Source: an uncultured Lentimicrobiaceae bacterium
Lineage (GTDB): Bacteria > Bacteroidota > Bacteroidia > Bacteroidales > WCHB1-69
Direction of reading: 5' to 3'
Length of the DNA: 64,000 nucleotides
Assembly (NCBI GenBank): GCA_964653595.1
Contig: CAZZHH010000009.1
Coordinates: 3,506 to 67,505 of the forward strand
Under the pieces are notes generated by a model that worked only from the letters and a program-made list of their open reading frames with translations, was not told the DNA's origin and did not search any database. The position numbers and the translations under genes are program-made. Positions 28,922-38,300 of the stretch are shown piece after piece (position 1 is the stretch's first letter; every line of letters starts with the position of its first letter).

Positions 28922-30010
28922 ATGTTTAATATGAAAACACCAACGATATCGCTATCCTTAAATAAAGTGGAAAATTACATCACTCATTTTACAGAGTGTA
29001 TCGGTATTCCAAAAGAGAAAATTTTTTACCCTGTAAAAGTGAACACCCATCCGAAACTGATTGCCAAAATGGCTAAATGGGGTCTGAACTTTGAAACAGG
29101 AGCCGTCTCCGAATGTGAGCAACTGATAAAATTGGGAATTAAACCACAGCAAATCAGATATGGCAATCCAATCAAGTCCCCCGAGTCGATAGCACGTGCC
29201 TATGAACTTGGAATCAACTGTTTTGGAGCCGACACCATCGAAGAGCTGGATAAAATCGCACTGTTGGCGCCCAAATCATCTGTTTACATCCGAGTAGCCG
29301 TAAACAATACCGGAGCGGAATGGGCGTTGACGGAGAAGTTTGGCTGCCCTCCAAATCTTGTTCATGAATTATTTGAACATGGTCAAAAACAGGAATTGAA
29401 CATGTTTGGCATCAGCTTCCACGTTGGGTGGAACAACGAACAACTCGACACCTGGAAAAATGTGTTTGAAGAGATGCTATCCCTTGTCAACCAATTAAAA
29501 GCATTGAACCACCCCATCACCTCCATCAACATCGGGGGCGGATTTCCAGCCCATTCGGGCAACCAGTTCGAGAAAATGGAGAAAATTACTGCGGTCATTA
29601 AACCCTATCTCGAACATTTTAAACAAAAACTAAACATGGAGGTGATTGCAGAACCGGGTTCTTATCTGTTGGCCAATGCCGGAACAATGTTTGTGAAAGT
29701 GATTGCCCGCGTAAAAAGAAACAACATTGACTGGCTGTATGTAGACAGTGGCATTTTCCAAGGATTTTCCTGGATCATGGGTGGTTTGAATTACCATCTG
29801 GAAGCATTGGAAAATAAAACTACCGAATTGCAACCAATGGTTGTTTGCGGACCCACCTGCGACACACACGATGTTTATTCCCATTCGGTAATGCTTCCAA
29901 AAAGCATCCGTGTAGGCGATATCCTAACCATATCCCCCGCTGGTGCTTACATCTCATCATCCAAAAGTTATAATGGGTTTGACTTTCCGGAGGAAGAGGT
30001 GGTAGAATGA
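28922..30010 (+). CDS. Type III (alanine racemase fold) PLP-dependent decarboxylase, ODC/DapDC-like
   Basis: 362 aa with YPVKVN (PLP Lys), FHVGW, NIGGGFP, EPGSY and CGPTCDTHD. Confidence 0.75.
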   Translation: MFNMKTPTISLSLNKVENYITHFTECIGIPKEKIFYPVKVNTHPKLIAKMAKWGLNFETGAVSECEQLIKLGIKPQQIRYGNPIKSPESIARAYELGINCFGADTIEELDKIALLAPKSSVYIRVAVNNTGAEWALTEKFGCPPNLVHELFEHGQKQELNMFGISFHVGWNNEQLDTWKNVFEEMLSLVNQLKALNHPITSINIGGGFPAHSGNQFEKMEKITAVIKPYLEHFKQKLNMEVIAEPGSYLLANAGTMFVKVIARVKRNNIDWLYVDSGIFQGFSWIMGGLNYHLEALENKTTELQPMVVCGPTCDTHDVYSHSVMLPKSIRVGDILTISPAGAYISSSKSYNGFDFPEEEVVE

Positions 30011-30179
30011 AATATTTTGAATCCCATTACAATCCTGTTATAACAGTTTGAAAATTGGACAAAGAAGGTAAACCATTAAGGAATTAAGGTAGATTAAGAA
30101 AGACAACTTAATGTCTCTTAATTCTTCATAGTTCCTTAATAGTTAAAAAAATCCCAACCAAAAAACCCCAAAATATTCG

Positions 30180-30187
30180 TAAGTTTG
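30180..30187 (+). promoter_or_regulatory. -7 box TAnnTTTG
   Basis: TAAGTTTG lies 28 nt upstream of the ATG at 30215. Confidence 0.4.
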
Positions 30188-30214
30188 CACCCAATATAAA
30201 CAACAAGGGATAAG

Positions 30215-31126
30215 ATGGCAAAGAAAATATATGATGATTACGCGGTGGGTGTTTTTTATGCCATTATCTGTTATCTGGCGTGGGGGATGTTTCCCCTTTT
30301 CTGGAAACAATTGGCGCACGTAGATCCTGTACAGGTTTTAGCACATCGTATCTTGTGGAGTTTTGTCTTTGTAGGACTGATCATTTTTCTGACCAAACGA
30401 AGCAACCATCTAATTGTACTGAAGCAAAGGCGCACTTGGTTGTTACTTTCGCTTACTGGCGTGTTGATTGGTGCCAACTGGGTAGTCTATATTTACGCCG
30501 TAAACAATGGACACATTATAGAATCTAGTTTCGGATATTATATCAACCCTTTGATGAATGTAATTCTGGGAGTTATAGCCCTCAAAGAGCGACTACCAAA
30601 GTTACAGATTGGTGCTTTGATTTTGGCGTTTATAGGAATCTTGGTAATCTCTATTCATCTGGGGCGCGTACCTATCATTTCTTTAGTATTGGCAATTACA
30701 TTTGCACTATACGGTCTGTTTCGTAAGATTGCCAAAATTGATTCGATGACAGCCCTATTGGTTGAAACCATCGTATTAACCCCATTCTCTTTAGGATGGA
30801 TTTTCTTCTCACAGGCAAATGGCACAGGTGCTTTCGGATCGAACATAAGCACAACATTATTGCTGATGCTTGGGGGTATAGTTACCGCAATTCCACTGTT
30901 TTGGTTTGGCAAAGCTGCCGGGAAAATTCCCCTCTCCACCATCGGATTCATCCAATACCTATCTCCCACTGCTCAACTTTTACTCGGAATATGGGTGTAT
31001 AAAGAGCAGTTTTCCTCCAGCCACTTTATCGGATTCGGATTCGTGTGGGCAGGATTGGCACTCTTCACCGTAAGCATCTATCAACGCATTTCCATTTCAA
31101 ACAAAAACAAATTACATCCATTATAA
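30215..31126 (+). CDS. rarD: EamA-family transporter RarD
   Basis: 303 aa with ~10 TM helices. The N-terminus (GVFYAIICYLAWGMFPLFWK, HRILWSF) is typical of RarD. Confidence 0.75.
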   Translation: MAKKIYDDYAVGVFYAIICYLAWGMFPLFWKQLAHVDPVQVLAHRILWSFVFVGLIIFLTKRSNHLIVLKQRRTWLLLSLTGVLIGANWVVYIYAVNNGHIIESSFGYYINPLMNVILGVIALKERLPKLQIGALILAFIGILVISIHLGRVPIISLVLAITFALYGLFRKIAKIDSMTALLVETIVLTPFSLGWIFFSQANGTGAFGSNISTTLLLMLGGIVTAIPLFWFGKAAGKIPLSTIGFIQYLSPTAQLLLGIWVYKEQFSSSHFIGFGFVWAGLALFTVSIYQRISISNKNKLHPL

Positions 31127-31136
31127 TCTTTCAAAA

Positions 31137-32465
31137 ATGAAACAAATAAAATCGCTATTACTTATCGCCATTATCGGTTTTGTATCTATCACTACAATTC
31201 AGGCGCAAGAATTTGCTACAGCTAAAGACAGTCTGGTAAACTATATCACCAAACGAATAAAAGGGGTTAAAATCAAGGAGATGGAGTGTACAAAACCCTA
31301 TGTATCAAAATTAGAACTGATGGTGCCACAGAATTTGGATCACACCAATGGGAACAGTGATACCCTTTGGCAACTGGTATATCTTTCTCACCGTTCTTTC
31401 GATGCTCCAAATGTAATCGTCACCGAAGGGTATGGCGCTTCTTATGCCGAACCAGCCAGTTACAACGAAGAACTCTGTAAAATACTGAAAGCAAACTTGA
31501 TATTTGTGGAACACAGATTCTTTGGAAAATCGAAGCCAGCCAACATGGATTGGAAATACCTAACCATCAAACAAGCTGCAGCCGATCACAACCAGATTCT
31601 CCAATGGCTCAAACCAATTTACCCACAAAAATGGGTTGCCACCGGCACGAGCAAAGGGGGTTCAACAGCTTTATACCTCAAAGCACTATATCCAGAAGCA
31701 GTAGATATGGTTGTAGCTTACGTTGCCCCAATCACCATCGCGCAAGAAGATCCGCGCCCAATCGACTACATCATGCATCGGGCTGGCACAGCTGAAGAGC
31801 GCAAGGCAATTACAGAGTATCAGTTGTTGATGTTCAAAAAGTTTGAAAAACTCTTAGAGCTATTTACTGAATATGCTTCAAAAAAGAACTTAACATTTAA
31901 CATGGGGCTACAAACCACACTCGAATATTTAATTTTAGAATATCCATTTTCGCACTTTCAATGGGGAGTTTCCATTGAAAAAATCCCAACAAAACAAAAC
32001 AGTTTAGAAGAGATGTTTCAGCATCTAATCCGAATTGTAGATCCTGATGGTTTTTCAGTTACAGGATCAGAGGCAACCGCTTCGTATTATTACCAAGCAT
32101 ACTCAGAAGTTGGCTATTACAACTACAATGCATACCTCCCTATTTTTAAAAAATATCTAAAAAAAGGGGAATATGGTAATTCGGTTATGATCCCAAAAGG
32201 GGTCACAGCCACTTACCATCCTGAATCACATAAAGAAATATTGAGTCTGCTCAATAAAAATGGAAAAAATATTCTTCAAATTCATGGCGCTCTCGACCCT
32301 TGGTATCATGCTGCATGGATTCCTAACGACTCTGTAAATTTACCTGTATATGTTCTCCAAAAAGGAAATCACGGGGTAAGAATAACCTATTTCGACATAT
32401 TGACAAAGAATAAAATATATGATCAACTGGAGCTTTGGTTGGGGATTAAAGTAAGGAGACTTTAA
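31137..32465 (+). CDS. Secreted alpha/beta-hydrolase serine peptidase (S28/S37, PS-10-like)
   Basis: 442 aa. Signal peptide, VEHRFFGKS, nucleophile elbow GTSKGG, and YVAP. Confidence 0.55.
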   Translation: MKQIKSLLLIAIIGFVSITTIQAQEFATAKDSLVNYITKRIKGVKIKEMECTKPYVSKLELMVPQNLDHTNGNSDTLWQLVYLSHRSFDAPNVIVTEGYGASYAEPASYNEELCKILKANLIFVEHRFFGKSKPANMDWKYLTIKQAAADHNQILQWLKPIYPQKWVATGTSKGGSTALYLKALYPEAVDMVVAYVAPITIAQEDPRPIDYIMHRAGTAEERKAITEYQLLMFKKFEKLLELFTEYASKKNLTFNMGLQTTLEYLILEYPFSHFQWGVSIEKIPTKQNSLEEMFQHLIRIVDPDGFSVTGSEATASYYYQAYSEVGYYNYNAYLPIFKKYLKKGEYGNSVMIPKGVTATYHPESHKEILSLLNKNGKNILQIHGALDPWYHAAWIPNDSVNLPVYVLQKGNHGVRITYFDILTKNKIYDQLELWLGIKVRRL

Positions 32466-32508
32466 TTCAGAATAAACGATAAAATAGATGCAACGAATAT
32501 TTTTTAAT

Positions 32509-32536
32509 AAAAAAGAGATCCGAGGATCTCTTTTTT
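32509..32536. terminator. Bidirectional terminator between convergent genes
   Basis: AAAAAGAGATC-CGAG-GATCTCTTTTTT. A and T runs on both sides of the stem. Confidence 0.7.
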
Positions 32537-32563
32537 ATTAAAAACATGAAAGAAAATTTGTTA

Positions 32564-34029
32564 TTAGAATAACACCTTAAATTCCACTCTTCTATTTTTT
32601 GCTCTACCAGCAGGTAATTTATTATCAGCAACAGGAATAGTCTCGCCAAACCCCTAAGCTGTCATTCTTGAAGAATCTACACCCTTGTCGGTCAAATATT
32701 TTTTAACTGCTTCTGCTCTTTTTTGAGATAAAATCATATTTTTTGCATCATCCCCTTGATCATCCGTGTGACCATTAATTTCCAAATTGTACGAAGGATT
32801 GTCATTCATTACTTTTACTACTTGGTTAAGGATTGGGAATGAGACTTTTTTGATGATATCTTTTCCAGATTCAAATTGAATTCCTTGCAATGCTTGTGCA
32901 AATATCTTTTTGGTCTCTTCTTTAATTTCTGGGCAACCTTTGTTTTCAGCAATTCCAGGTACGTCAGGGCATCTGTCGTCGATGTCTGCAATTCCATCCT
33001 TATCTTTATCAGGACAACTATTTAGGTTAGCTAGACCAAATACCGTTGGACATTTGTCTTTGCTATCTTCAATTCCATCCCCGTCGGTATCTGGACAACC
33101 ATTGAATTTTTCGATTCCAGCAATTTTGGGGCACTTGTCTTCGCTATCTTGTATCCCATCTCCATCAGAGTCAGGACATCCTTGAAATTTGGTGATTCCA
33201 GCAACATTAGGACATTTGTCGTCACTATCTTGAATGCCATCTCCGTCACTATCAGGACAACCTTCAAATGCAACTAATCCAAAAACAGAAGGGCATTTGT
33301 CGAGGTAATCCGCTATCCCATCTTTGTCTGTATCAACTGGACAACCATTTACATCGACAGTTACCCCAGCAGGTGTGTTGATACATTTGTCCAATTTGTC
33401 AGGAACTCCATCTTTATCAGCATCCGATTTACCTCCAAAACTAAAAATTACCCCAATAGTCTGTTCAACTACGTCATCGTTGTATTTTCCTCTAACATCT
33501 TTGTCGTGGTTGTCGTTGTTCGCTAAGTTATATGAAAACTTATATTGAGCAGCAAAACAGTCGCAAAATTGATACTTTAACCCAATTCCTAATGGGATTA
33601 AAAAATCCATATCATCCGTATTGATGTTAGTACCACCATACTGAGCCATTCCTAATCCAGTAGATAAAAATGGAGAAATTTTGGAGTCTTTTGGGAAAAT
33701 ATACCCATTATTGAATTTGTAGTGTAGAAATAATCCACCAGATGTTTTGGTTCCTTCAAAAGTTCTAGTTCTGTTGTAGTCGGCATTGTGACCATAATTA
33801 CCGTAATTAGCTTGCAAACCTAAATCAAAGGATGGATTTAAATAACGGGCAATAGAAATTTGGCCTAAGACGTATTTTGTTTGACTAAAACGGAAAACAT
33901 CATTGCCCAGGTCGCCATTGTATTCGTTAAAGCCACCATAAAGCCCAATTCCCCATTTTTTTTCTTCTACTTGAGCATAAAGTGAAGCCCCCAGTAAAAG
34001 GATTATAAAAAGTAATGCGTTTTTTTCAT
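32564..34029 (-). pseudogene. OmpA-family outer-membrane protein with thrombospondin type-3 repeats, disrupted at both ends
   Basis: The track ORF 32654..33817 starts at a TTG and has no signal peptide. The same frame stays open up to 34030 and encodes KNALLFIILLLGASLYAQ. The only ATG (34029-34027) is 1 nt out of frame across a 7-nt homopolymer (34020-34026); an 8-nt run would give MKKNALLF. At the 3' end an in-frame TAG (32656-32654) splits the OmpA C-terminal motif: SRMTA-TAG-GFGETIPVADNKLPAGRAKNRRVEFKVLF, then TAA at 32566-32564. TSP3 repeats include DKDGVPD, DTDKDGIAD, DSDGDGIQD (x2), DTDGDGIED and DKDKDGIAD. Confidence 0.7.
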
Positions 34030-34106
34030 TTTGTTGATTTTTGTTAATAATTTCTTATTAAACGTTTAACTGTATAAAATGTTGGATATATAGAAAAAAA
34101 CATTCA

Positions 34107-34676
34107 TCATTTTTTAAACAATTTTCGGTTTGTCAGCAATTCAACATCCTCAAGAGTCACGTTATATTCTTTCAATAAACAAAATGCTTGTTTCATCTTT
34201 TTGTGTAATTTTTTTTCTGCTAAGATTAATTTGTTTTGTAAATTATTAAATTCAATTTCTTCTTGAGTATAACCTTGTGGAATTAAGTTTAGAATGTGTT
34301 TATCAAGATATTCAGCTGGTAAATTAATTGTTCTTAATATTGAATCATCTTTAAAAAAACAGGTCTTTACAAAAAATCTTAGGCTTCCAATATTTACTTC
34401 ATCATGGTCAATTTCAATATGCATTTCTTCCCCATTGTAATTACGTATCACATCGTAAAAATATAAAAAATTACTCGAAAATTTAGCAGTTCCTGTTGTA
34501 GTACAAGCTATTGTATATTGACTACCAGGAACAGAAAAAACCACTTTCATGTCCGTAACTGTAACCTCACAAAATGTCATAATCTTATAATTCTTTTTAA
34601 CGGTATCTTTCACGACAATTTTTAAGAAATTTAATGCTTTCAAAATTTCCGATTTACTCGTATGAATGGTTGTCAT
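34107..34676 (-). CDS. Hypothetical protein (orphan)
   Basis: 189-aa ORF in a very AT-rich island with no recognised motif and no signal peptide. The C-terminus is Lys-rich and helical-looking. Confidence 0.45.
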   Translation of the reverse strand: MTTIHTSKSEILKALNFLKIVVKDTVKKNYKIMTFCEVTVTDMKVVFSVPGSQYTIACTTTGTAKFSSNFLYFYDVIRNYNGEEMHIEIDHDEVNIGSLRFFVKTCFFKDDSILRTINLPAEYLDKHILNLIPQGYTQEEIEFNNLQNKLILAEKKLHKKMKQAFCLLKEYNVTLEDVELLTNRKLFKK

Positions 34677-34846
34677 ATTAATAATTATTAGTGAATTAAA
34701 AATACATCAAGGCTCAGTAAAACTCCGCACAGATATAATGGATGTTAGACTTTGCAATTATAAGCATTTTTATATAATTAAACGTTTTTAATCATTTATA
34801 TAAAAAAAATATCAGTTACAAAAAGCTTTAAATTCAAAACTTTTAT

Positions 34847-34854
34847 TATATTTG
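34847..34854 (+). promoter_or_regulatory. -7 box TAnnTTTG
   Basis: TATATTTG lies 120 nt upstream of the GH92 ATG, which implies a long leader. Confidence 0.3.
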
Positions 34855-34973
34855 CATCTAGGATTCGCTTTTAATATCCCTTATCTTAATCGGTTTAGGT
34901 TATATTTCTAAGTTAGAATCAGCAATTAAATTAAATTTGGTAAATTTTTAGTAGATATTTTATTTAAAAAGAA

Positions 34974-37952
34974 ATGATAAAAAGAAGAAATTTTAAAGTG
35001 ATTGGGTTGAAAGGTTTCGGATTGTTTTTGTTTTTATTTTCCATCTTTTTTGGAATATATGCCCAAGAAGGAACGAAACCTCTTTCAGTGACGAATCCTT
35101 CCAGTTATGTGAATCCGTTTATCGGCACTGGCGGTCACGGTCATACCTATCCTGGAGCTCAGGTTCCATTCGGGTTTATGCAACTGAGTCCCGATACCCG
35201 ATTGACCGGTTGGGATGGTTGTTCTGCATATCACTATTCGGACACTGTGATTCATGGATTTTCACATACCCATCTAAGCGGGACCGGGTGTAGCGATTAT
35301 GGCGACATCTTGGTGATGCCCACCTCGCAAAGTGGATCGCCGGCCAAATATGCTTTCTCCTCGCCTTTTTCTCATTCAAACGAAACGGCTTCCCCAGGTT
35401 ATTACAGCGTGTTGATGAAAAACGGTATTTTGGCTGAACTTTCAGCAACCGCCCGCAGTGGGATGCATAGCTACGCATTCCCGTATGGCGCCAAAGCCCG
35501 TTTATTGGTCGATTTAAAACACCGCGACTTGGTGAAAGATTCCTATATCGAAATCGTAAGTCCCACCGAAATAAGGGGGATGCGTCGCTCATCGGCATGG
35601 GCAAAGGATCAGACCATCTTTTTCGTGATGCAGTTTTCCAAACCGATGATAAGTAAAGAAGTGTATATTAACGACGTGCTTCAAAAAGGAAAAGTCAGAC
35701 TCTATCAAGCAAACGACCTGAAAATGGTCTTCGATTTTCCAAATAAGGACAAACGTGCATTGGTGGTGAAAGTCGGTATTTCCGGCGTGGACACCACGGG
35801 TGCGCGACTTAATCTGGAAAATGAGATGCAAGGCTGGAACATCGACATTGTGAAAGCAAATGCCCGCAAACTATGGGACAAAGAGTTGCGCAAGATCGAA
35901 GTAGAAAGCACAAGCCGTCCTCAACTGGCAATTTTTTATACCGCTCTGTATCATGCATTCCAATCTCCAAATATTTTCAATGATGTAGATGGCAGATACC
36001 GTGGTCGTGACAATAAGATTCACAAAACGGAAGACTGGAACTATTACACGGTATTTTCCTTGTGGGACACATACAGAGCACTGCATCCGTTGTTGACGAT
36101 GATTGATCAGGCCAGAACTCAGGATTTTATTAAAACCTTCATTGCCCAGTGGGAGCAGGGCGGTCTGTTGCCGATGTGGGAACTTTTCGGTAACGAAACC
36201 GACTGCATGATCGGATACCACGCCGTACCAGTGATTTTTGATGCTTATATCAAAGGAGTGCGCGGTTTTGATCTCGAAAAAGCGTATCAGGCCATGAAAA
36301 CCAGTGCAAGACAAAAACGTTTGGGAATTGCAAGTATGCAGGAATTGGGATATGTTCTTTCGGATACGGAGCACGAATCGGTCTCCAAAACCTTGGAATA
36401 TGCCTACGACGATTGGTGTATCGCCCAAGTAGCCAAGATTCTGGGACATGAAGCCGATTACAAGGAATTTATGAAACGGGCTCAAGGTTACAAACATATT
36501 TTTGATGCCTCCACCGGATTTATGCGCCCACGTTTCAATGGCGGTTGGTACAGCCCATTTAATCCTACAGAAGTAAATAATCACTACACTGAAGCCAACT
36601 CTTGGCAGTATTCATTCTATGTACCCCAAGATATTTCTGGTTTGATTCAATTACATGGAGGAAAAAATAATTTTGAAAAGAAATTGGACGAACTCTTTAC
36701 TACAAATGACCAAATCAGTGGTCGAAATCAGGCAGATATTACCGGATTGATCGGTCAATACGCCCATGGCAACGAACCGAGCCATCATATCGCCTATTTG
36801 TACAATTACATTGGGAAACCGGAGAAAACGCAACAACGTATCCGTCTGATATTGAGAGAGATGTATCGCAATGAACCGGACGGTTTGAGCGGTAACGAGG
36901 ATTGCGGGCAGATGTCGGCATGGTATATCATGAGCTCTTTGGGCCTGTATGCCGTTTGCCCTGGCTCCGACCAGCTGGTGATTGGTTCTCCGCTTTTCAA
37001 GAAAGCAACCATTCACCTCGAAAACGGCAAAACGTTCATCATTTCGGCTCCAAACAATTCTGAAGTGAATACTTGCATCCAATCAGCCATGTTGAATGGA
37101 ACCCATACAACCAAATCATATCTGACCCATTCGCAAATTATGAATGGTGGAGAGCTGGCAATGGTGATGGGAGATCTTCCTTCGGGTGATTTTGGCAAAC
37201 AGCCAGCAGATTGTCCGTCCTCCTCCATCAATGAATATCCTGTGGTGGTGGCCCCGATTATCAAGGTGGATTCCAGAACCTTCACCGACAGCCTGCTTGT
37301 TAGCATTGTGAATTCCGCTTCCACGGAAAAATATTACTATTCGATCGATGGACAAGCTGTTACAACAACCAGCAATTTGTACAATGCTCCGTTCTATCTT
37401 CATAAGACCTCCACCATCAAGGTGATGGCCATCGATACTGTTTCCAAAAACAGCAGCAATTCACAAGGAACATTTGTAAAAGTTCCCAAAGATATCACGG
37501 TGAAACTGACCTATCCGTACAATCCGCAATACACCGCAGACGGCCCTCAGGGCATCATTGACGGCATTTATGGAACCACCAACTGGCGATTGGGTGGCTG
37601 GCAAGGGTATCATGCCACCGATTTTGAAGCCATCTTGGATTACAGCAAAGTGATCGATATCAACGAGGTGGGAGCCAACTTCCTGCAGGAAACCAGAGCG
37701 TGGATCGTGATGCCCAAAGAGTTTGAGGTATTCACCTCCTTGGATGGTGTGACATATACCTCCATCGGGGTGGTGAAGCAGACCGCCCCCGTTGACAATA
37801 TGGAGACCTTCACACAGCCAATGGTGATCAAGAGCAAAACCAAAGCCCGGTTTGTGAAATTCGTAGCCCGCAACTACGGCACACTTCCCACTTGGCACGA
37901 GAGTGCAGGGGAAAAAGCGTATGTGTTTGTGGACGAAGTTTGGGTGAAATAG
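34974..37952 (+). CDS. GH92 alpha-mannosidase with C-terminal discoidin (F5/8 type C)-like domain
   Basis: 992 aa. Signal peptide, NPFIGTGGHGHTYPGAQVPFGFMQLSPDT (GH92 N-terminal hallmark) and GNEPSHH. The C-terminal ~250 aa contain a discoidin-like segment. Confidence 0.9.
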   Translation: MIKRRNFKVIGLKGFGLFLFLFSIFFGIYAQEGTKPLSVTNPSSYVNPFIGTGGHGHTYPGAQVPFGFMQLSPDTRLTGWDGCSAYHYSDTVIHGFSHTHLSGTGCSDYGDILVMPTSQSGSPAKYAFSSPFSHSNETASPGYYSVLMKNGILAELSATARSGMHSYAFPYGAKARLLVDLKHRDLVKDSYIEIVSPTEIRGMRRSSAWAKDQTIFFVMQFSKPMISKEVYINDVLQKGKVRLYQANDLKMVFDFPNKDKRALVVKVGISGVDTTGARLNLENEMQGWNIDIVKANARKLWDKELRKIEVESTSRPQLAIFYTALYHAFQSPNIFNDVDGRYRGRDNKIHKTEDWNYYTVFSLWDTYRALHPLLTMIDQARTQDFIKTFIAQWEQGGLLPMWELFGNETDCMIGYHAVPVIFDAYIKGVRGFDLEKAYQAMKTSARQKRLGIASMQELGYVLSDTEHESVSKTLEYAYDDWCIAQVAKILGHEADYKEFMKRAQGYKHIFDASTGFMRPRFNGGWYSPFNPTEVNNHYTEANSWQYSFYVPQDISGLIQLHGGKNNFEKKLDELFTTNDQISGRNQADITGLIGQYAHGNEPSHHIAYLYNYIGKPEKTQQRIRLILREMYRNEPDGLSGNEDCGQMSAWYIMSSLGLYAVCPGSDQLVIGSPLFKKATIHLENGKTFIISAPNNSEVNTCIQSAMLNGTHTTKSYLTHSQIMNGGELAMVMGDLPSGDFGKQPADCPSSSINEYPVVVAPIIKVDSRTFTDSLLVSIVNSASTEKYYYSIDGQAVTTTSNLYNAPFYLHKTSTIKVMAIDTVSKNSSNSQGTFVKVPKDITVKLTYPYNPQYTADGPQGIIDGIYGTTNWRLGGWQGYHATDFEAILDYSKVIDINEVGANFLQETRAWIVMPKEFEVFTSLDGVTYTSIGVVKQTAPVDNMETFTQPMVIKSKTKARFVKFVARNYGTLPTWHESAGEKAYVFVDEVWVK

Positions 37953-37963
37953 AGGGGGGTAGC

Positions 37964-37986
37964 GTGCGAAGTTATAAACTTCGCAC
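37964..37986 (+). terminator. Hairpin after GH92 (no U tract)
   Basis: GTGCGAAGTT-ATA-AACTTCGCAC, a 10-bp perfect stem 12 nt after the stop. Confidence 0.4.
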
Positions 37987-38109
37987 AACGAATATACCCA
38001 ACTTGTCCCCGTTTTTTGGTTGTTGAACTAGTTAATTTTGCGGGTTAAAGAGTATTTTTGCTTTTTCATTTTTAATGGTTGATCTTTGGGCTTCAAAACC
38101 AAAAAATTG

Positions 38110-38288
38110 GGCACTACAGGATTTAGAGTGAGGATATTTATTTCATTGTCACCCTGAGTTTATCGAAGGGCTTTCAAAAAGTGCATAACTAATACTTCGA
38201 TGAACTCAGTATGACACTTTTGATATAACTATGTTTGAAATAATAGTTACATGATATTTCATTTTTCCACTCTAAATCCTGCAGTGCC
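38110..38288. repeat. MITE-like nested element: 22-bp terminal inverted repeats enclosing a family 1 palindrome
   Basis: GGCACTACAGGATTTAGAGTGA (38110-38131) against the reverse complement of CCACTCTAAATCCTGCAGTGCC (38267-38288) matches at 20 of 22 positions. Family 1 copy G lies inside. Confidence 0.6.
38148..38215. repeat. Palindromic intergenic element, family 1
   Basis: GTCACCCTGAGTTTATCGAAGGGC ... CTTCGATGAACTCAGTATGAC. Confidence 0.75.
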
Positions 38289-38300
38289 AAAAACTGAATT

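Noticed and set aside
32654-32656. In-frame TAG in the OmpA domain as evidence for stop-codon reassignment or programmed readthrough
   Set aside because: TAG clearly terminates other well-conserved genes in the window (serA at 19393-19395, dgt at 12598-12600, the GNAT-like gene at 7461-7463). The same gene also carries a second lesion, so a nonsense mutation or a sequencing error is more parsimonious.
34055-34806. Short shared motif TTAAACGTTT on both sides of the orphan ORF as possible cassette boundaries
   Set aside because: Only about 10 bp are shared, in extremely AT-rich DNA, and the core AAACGTTT is a simple palindrome. A chance match is likely.
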